A stretch of 64,000 nt of DNA from positions 1 to 64,000 of the forward strand of contig JBFMAF010000003.1 in assembly GCA_040755995.1 (NCBI GenBank), written 5' to 3'. Under the pieces are notes generated by a model, which was given only the letters and a program-made list of their open reading frames with translations, was not told where the DNA came from and made no database searches. Made by a program: the position numbers and the translations under genes. Positions 60,360 to 64,000 of this stretch are shown here, piece by piece; position 1 is the stretch's first letter, and every line of letters begins with the position of its first letter. This DNA comes from Acidobacteriota bacterium (lineage in GTDB: Bacteria > Acidobacteriota > CAIWXX01).

Positions 60360-62522
60360 TCAGAGTTGCCCCTCGAAGTAGTCGCGGAACACGGCATCCC
60401 AACTCAATGCGTCGTCCAGAGGCAGTGCGCCTTCAATGCGAGCCAGGCGGTCGACTAGCAGCGCATTCCTGACGGATTTGGCGCACTGCCTTGCGACGGC
60501 ATCTTCGATCCGTGCCCGCGCGGCCGAGTCGACGCGTCCGTGCAAACCACCGTGGGCGATGTAGTCCGCCAGCACGAGGTTATTCAATCCCGCCCCGCCG
60601 GTGCGTTGGAGAAGCTCAGCGCATCCGAAGGCATCCGAGAGCACGCACACTTTCCCGGAGAAGAACGGCTCCAGTGGAGCGAGCCCGAAGGGCTCATACA
60701 CCGACAGGCCCAGCTCGACGTCCGAGCCAATCCGCATCTCCTCGAACTTGGCGCCGAAGAGATCATCGGCGGGCGCGTCTGGTCCGAACCCGAGCGCCCG
60801 CCCGCTCCAGCCAAACTGGTTTATGAAGACGATCAATGCCTCAGGGCCCGAGGGTTGCCAGAAATGGAGGAGATTGAAGCGTTCAATCCGTCCGTAGTGT
60901 GGACAGTCTCTGTCCAGCAAATCTCCCCCGGGTGCCCGTGAACTATGTGCAAACGGCCACCCGAAAGCACTACGCCACCGTTGCGTGTCAGCCGGGGAAG
61001 GCACATCGGGGTACGGACTCGCCAGCCAAAGCATGACGACCCGGCGACCGGGGTGTGCCCTTACGTATTCGTGCAAGAGACCGGCTAGTCTCCAGGGGCC
61101 CTTGCTGGTTTCGGTACGCGACACAGACGTCCAGATCTCGATCTGTCCCTCCTCCAGTCCGCCTGCGAAGCTCTGAAACTTCTCGACATCGGGTTCGGAT
61201 GCCTTGGTGCGCCGGTCGGCTTCCTGCGAGAACCATTTCGCAAGTGCCACGCGCAGCTTCCGTGTCGCATCGTCCACGACCGACTTGATGCTTTGTGCGG
61301 CATCCTGGGGGCTCTTCTTGGAGATCCTGGGAAGGTGATTGCGGAGAGCCGGTAGGGTCGGGATGCCGTTGGGTGCCATTGTCAGTCGAGAACCCAGGTT
61401 CGGCAGCATCCACGCGGTTTCATCCCGCACCCACTTCCCGACGGCGAACACGCGGCCGAATCGGTCCGCCTCGCGATTGATAGAGTGGAAGGGGATTTCC
61501 TGGAACGGTCGCCCAGGCACGGCAGCGACGTTCGCGAAGGCGACGTCGAGCGAAACGCCGTCCCTCGATGCGTCCTGCATGAACGGGTAGAAACCGACAT
61601 CGTGACCGCGAAGGTCGTATCCTGCGGAGAGAAGCGCCGCGCGTTTGTCAAGGAGGGCGCCCTCAACGAGGAGTCGGGCGATCCGGCACTCATGCGCCAT
61701 GTAGACGCTCCGGCATCCGATGTCCGGGGCCGCCATGCGCATCGCCCACCACAAAGGCACTCCGAGCCAGTCGTGCACGATGAAGACATCGGGGACGCCC
61801 GCGCAACGCGGTGGCTCCGTGAGGCCCAGTGTGACGGTCCTCGTAGCCGCCCAAAGGAGAGGAGCCGCGTGGACATAGAACTCGGTCTCCACGAGGAAGG
61901 GATTGCATTTGTACGGGCGGACCACGTCTTCGGGGTAGTACGCTCTGCCTCGATGGAACTCGACCCCTCCTGAAAGAGGCTTTCCAGACGCGAAGACGCG
62001 CTCGTCGTCGCAGAGGACCGGGCCGGACTCCGGGTGGATGGCTGGAAAGCGCCGCTCGTACCAGCGGAGGTTGAAGTACCCGGAGCGGGCCAGATCGATC
62101 GTGAATCGCCGTATGCGGTCTTCGCGAAGGCCGTGGGGGGATGCCACGACAATGCCGATCCAGCGTTCCTCGCCCAGCTCCGTGACGAAATGGCGTTCGC
62201 CGTATGCGATCCGCCCACCCCACTCCGCGACGAGGGCGTCAAGTTTCGAAAACGTATCCGCGGGCTTACAAAGGAGTTCTGATTGCGCCGGTGGGCCGGT
62301 TCGCCATTGCTGGGAGTCGTACAGAAGGGATCCGCTGGTCCCCCATCTGCTCAAGCGTCCGGCGGGCTCCCTGAATTCGTACGCCCCTGCGAGGATCGTG
62401 GTGCCGGCATGCTTGTGGTAGCGGTCAAGGAGCAGCAGCCCCTCGTAGAGGACCGCGCCGATCCCCGCGATCTTTCCCGCCGCTTCGTGAGTGGAGTGAA
62501 CGGTCACCTTTCCGTGCGTCAA
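60360..62522 (-). CDS. Glycogen-synthase-like GT-B glycosyltransferase (GT3-like)
   Basis: THEAAGKIAGIG (cf. E..K.GGI), HDW, NGI, SR...KG, SVYEPFGLAPLE; TTG start after AAGGAGG. Confidence 0.75.
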   Translation of the reverse strand: MTHGKVTVHSTHEAAGKIAGIGAVLYEGLLLLDRYHKHAGTTILAGAYEFREPAGRLSRWGTSGSLLYDSQQWRTGPPAQSELLCKPADTFSKLDALVAEWGGRIAYGERHFVTELGEERWIGIVVASPHGLREDRIRRFTIDLARSGYFNLRWYERRFPAIHPESGPVLCDDERVFASGKPLSGGVEFHRGRAYYPEDVVRPYKCNPFLVETEFYVHAAPLLWAATRTVTLGLTEPPRCAGVPDVFIVHDWLGVPLWWAMRMAAPDIGCRSVYMAHECRIARLLVEGALLDKRAALLSAGYDLRGHDVGFYPFMQDASRDGVSLDVAFANVAAVPGRPFQEIPFHSINREADRFGRVFAVGKWVRDETAWMLPNLGSRLTMAPNGIPTLPALRNHLPRISKKSPQDAAQSIKSVVDDATRKLRVALAKWFSQEADRRTKASEPDVEKFQSFAGGLEEGQIEIWTSVSRTETSKGPWRLAGLLHEYVRAHPGRRVVMLWLASPYPDVPSPADTQRWRSAFGWPFAHSSRAPGGDLLDRDCPHYGRIERFNLLHFWQPSGPEALIVFINQFGWSGRALGFGPDAPADDLFGAKFEEMRIGSDVELGLSVYEPFGLAPLEPFFSGKVCVLSDAFGCAELLQRTGGAGLNNLVLADYIAHGGLHGRVDSAARARIEDAVARQCAKSVRNALLVDRLARIEGALPLDDALSWDAVFRDYFEGQL

Positions 62523-62655
62523 GTCTGGCCTCCTTACATCGTCTTGGTCTCACAGACCGAGGGTAGATCGCGCCTCACCGTTCCGTCCCGGCGCCGACGA
62601 TCGCCCGCTGAGGAACCCGCGAGGCTCGAACCGAGGCAGCGACCACCCTCACACA

Positions 62656-62686
62656 GAGAAGTGTCACGACCCCATCGGCATCTTGG
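62656..62686 (-). promoter_or_regulatory. CCAAGA-N15-GACACT motif, copy 3
   Basis: CCAAGA tgccgatggggtcgt GACACTTCTC. Confidence 0.75.
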
Positions 62687-62862
62687 CCTCCGACCCCGGG
62701 TCTTCGGCAACGAGCCCTCCACCCGAGTTCCGGTTGCAGCTGCATTCGAGACCGTTTCCGTGAAGCGTGGATCGCCTCCTCCCCGACTGAGTAGCCACAG
62801 CGCTTTTCATCCTCCACGACCACCACGTGCCCGCTGATCGTGGTGTGTCGCGCCCGGCGTCA

Positions 62863-63207
62863 TCATCTGCTCGCCGGTGACGGCGCCAGAAGACCCGCCA
62901 AGGCGCCGATGGCAGCGGCACCTAATGCAGTCAGGGCATCAGGAATGTTCGGCGCACTGCCGGCGGAGGCAATGGCACTGAGGTAGATGGCCCCACCTAT
63001 CGCCGCGATGCAGACGATGCCAAGGGCGAGCACGACGATGCGGTAAGTCCAGCGATCTGAGACGAATGCAGGGGGCGGCCACTCGCGTGTGACTTGTTCG
63101 GCAAGGTCGCGAAGGACCGCTGGATTCGACTTGACCTGGTCGAGGAGGCCAGGCGTGTCGAGTAGACGGTCGACGAGAATCTTCGCGGAACGTGGCGGTT
63201 CGCTCAT
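62863..63207 (-). CDS. Small hypothetical protein with two C-terminal TM helices
   Basis: GGAGGA RBS, DRWTYRIVVLALG...ALGAAAIGALAGLLAPSP. Confidence 0.7.
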   Translation of the reverse strand: MSEPPRSAKILVDRLLDTPGLLDQVKSNPAVLRDLAEQVTREWPPPAFVSDRWTYRIVVLALGIVCIAAIGGAIYLSAIASAGSAPNIPDALTALGAAAIGALAGLLAPSPASR

Positions 63208-63265
63208 AGTATCCTCCAATCCCTTCAGGGCTACCGAAGAACACGCAGCCAACAACCTGGTTGGC

Positions 63266-63289
63266 GAGCCACGGGGGTTGACCCGTGGC
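63266..63289. repeat. REP-like hairpin
   Basis: GAGCCACGGGGGTTGACCCGTGGC; related copy near 63836. Confidence 0.45.
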
Positions 63290-63533
63290 GGCCAACGGCT
63301 CGCGTCGGCCATCGCGTTGAGGCCCGGGCCAGGCTGCAGACCAGGTCTCATGACGGGCGTTACTTCTTTCCTCACAAGGTTCCGGGTTGAGGAGAACTAA
63401 CCTCGACTCGCGTCAAGCGCGGTGAATGATCGATCCGCCTCAGCCCCGCATTGTTCACGAGCGAGACGGGTGTTTGCCTGCTCACGACCCGGCAAACGTC
63501 ATGCCAGCGCGCCATACACTTCTCTCCTTATCA

Positions 63534-63564
63534 TAGTAGTGTCGCGAGCGCATGCGTATCTTGG
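63534..63564 (-). promoter_or_regulatory. CCAAGA-N15-GACACT motif, copy 4
   Basis: CCAAGA tacgcatgcgctcgc GACACTACTA, followed by AAGGAG and ATG 63515. Confidence 0.7.
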
Positions 63565-63892
63565 TAGACGTGTAAGAGATGCGACTGGGCCTCCCGCGAG
63601 CGTTGCGCCAGGGGCTCCTGCCAGCGGTCGCGGGGTTCTGATGCAGGCATCGCCTTCCCGTGCAGCGGGCTGACTCCCCTCGCCCGGTGCTTCAATCCTT
63701 GCAAGCAGGTCCTCGTTCACGATGTCGTCGTGGCTTGAGCGTGGCTCGTCGATGAGAATTTCACGGGCACCGCAATTCGTAAGTAACAGAAAAACAAAGC
63801 ACCGGAACCACATCCAGCACGTGCTCCCCGTGACTGAGCCCGGGGTTGACCGGGTCGGCAGTCGGAGTACCAGAAGAATGCGGCGCCGCGGT

Positions 63893-63924
63893 CCAAGATT
63901 TCTGCCGCTGTCGAGACACTTATC
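63893..63924 (+). promoter_or_regulatory. CCAAGA-N16-GACACT motif, copy 5
   Basis: CCAAGA tttctgccgctgtcga GACACTTATC, followed by AGGAGG and GTG 63943 (ORF runs off window). Confidence 0.7.
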
Positions 63925-64000
63925 ACTCTAGGAGGGAGTTCGGTGACCAGTCTTGAACCTTGCGATAGGAAGGGAGCACGACGACGATGCGGGCGAAATC

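Noticed and set aside
56820..63470. Integron attC sites in the accessory region
   Set aside because: Isolated GTTRRRY-like words without convincing paired R/L boxes; no intI; genes have their own upstream motifs.

Overview
High-GC bacterial chromosomal window, probably Acidobacteriota or a close relative (inferred from the RpoA N-terminus MLWKGFQKP, the SecY C-terminal insert, Thr-type sulfatase-TPR and YfhO/GT-C genes). Positions 0-46 kb hold mixed housekeeping and envelope genes: sixA, ispH, mglA-like, menG, LD-carboxypeptidase, tRNA-Leu(GAG), SOD, ltaE, fabD, MinD-like ATPase, anti-sigma/ECF/NfeD/flotillin, dcd, amidase, PilT, GT-C enzymes, GT4/B12-radical SAM/methyltransferase, adh, pfk, PIN toxin-antitoxin loci and DUF58/BatD. 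Positions 46.3-54.6 kb hold the distal spc/alpha ribosomal cluster (rplR to rplQ), cut off from rplF and with its own promoter. Positions 54.9-64 kb are an accessory region. Main observations: (1) five copies of a bipartite motif, CCAAGA-N15/16-GACACT, each upstream of and co-oriented with a gene in the accessory region, a candidate alternative-sigma regulon covering a glycogen-synthase-like GT, a DUF6765 metallohydrolase with a 2-TM partner, and a TolB-like propeller; (2) a 63-bp inverted-repeat element shared (48/63 identical) by two promoter regions 13.5 kb apart; (3) a split spc operon, an L18 with a ~50-aa insertion and a candidate terminator/promoter between rpsE and rpmD; (4) an ATA-initiated MglA, a dual-start Tat/cytoplasmic SOD and several apparently leaderless genes. 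No CRISPR array, rRNA, integrase or transposase was seen. Family names come from motif recognition, not database searches.
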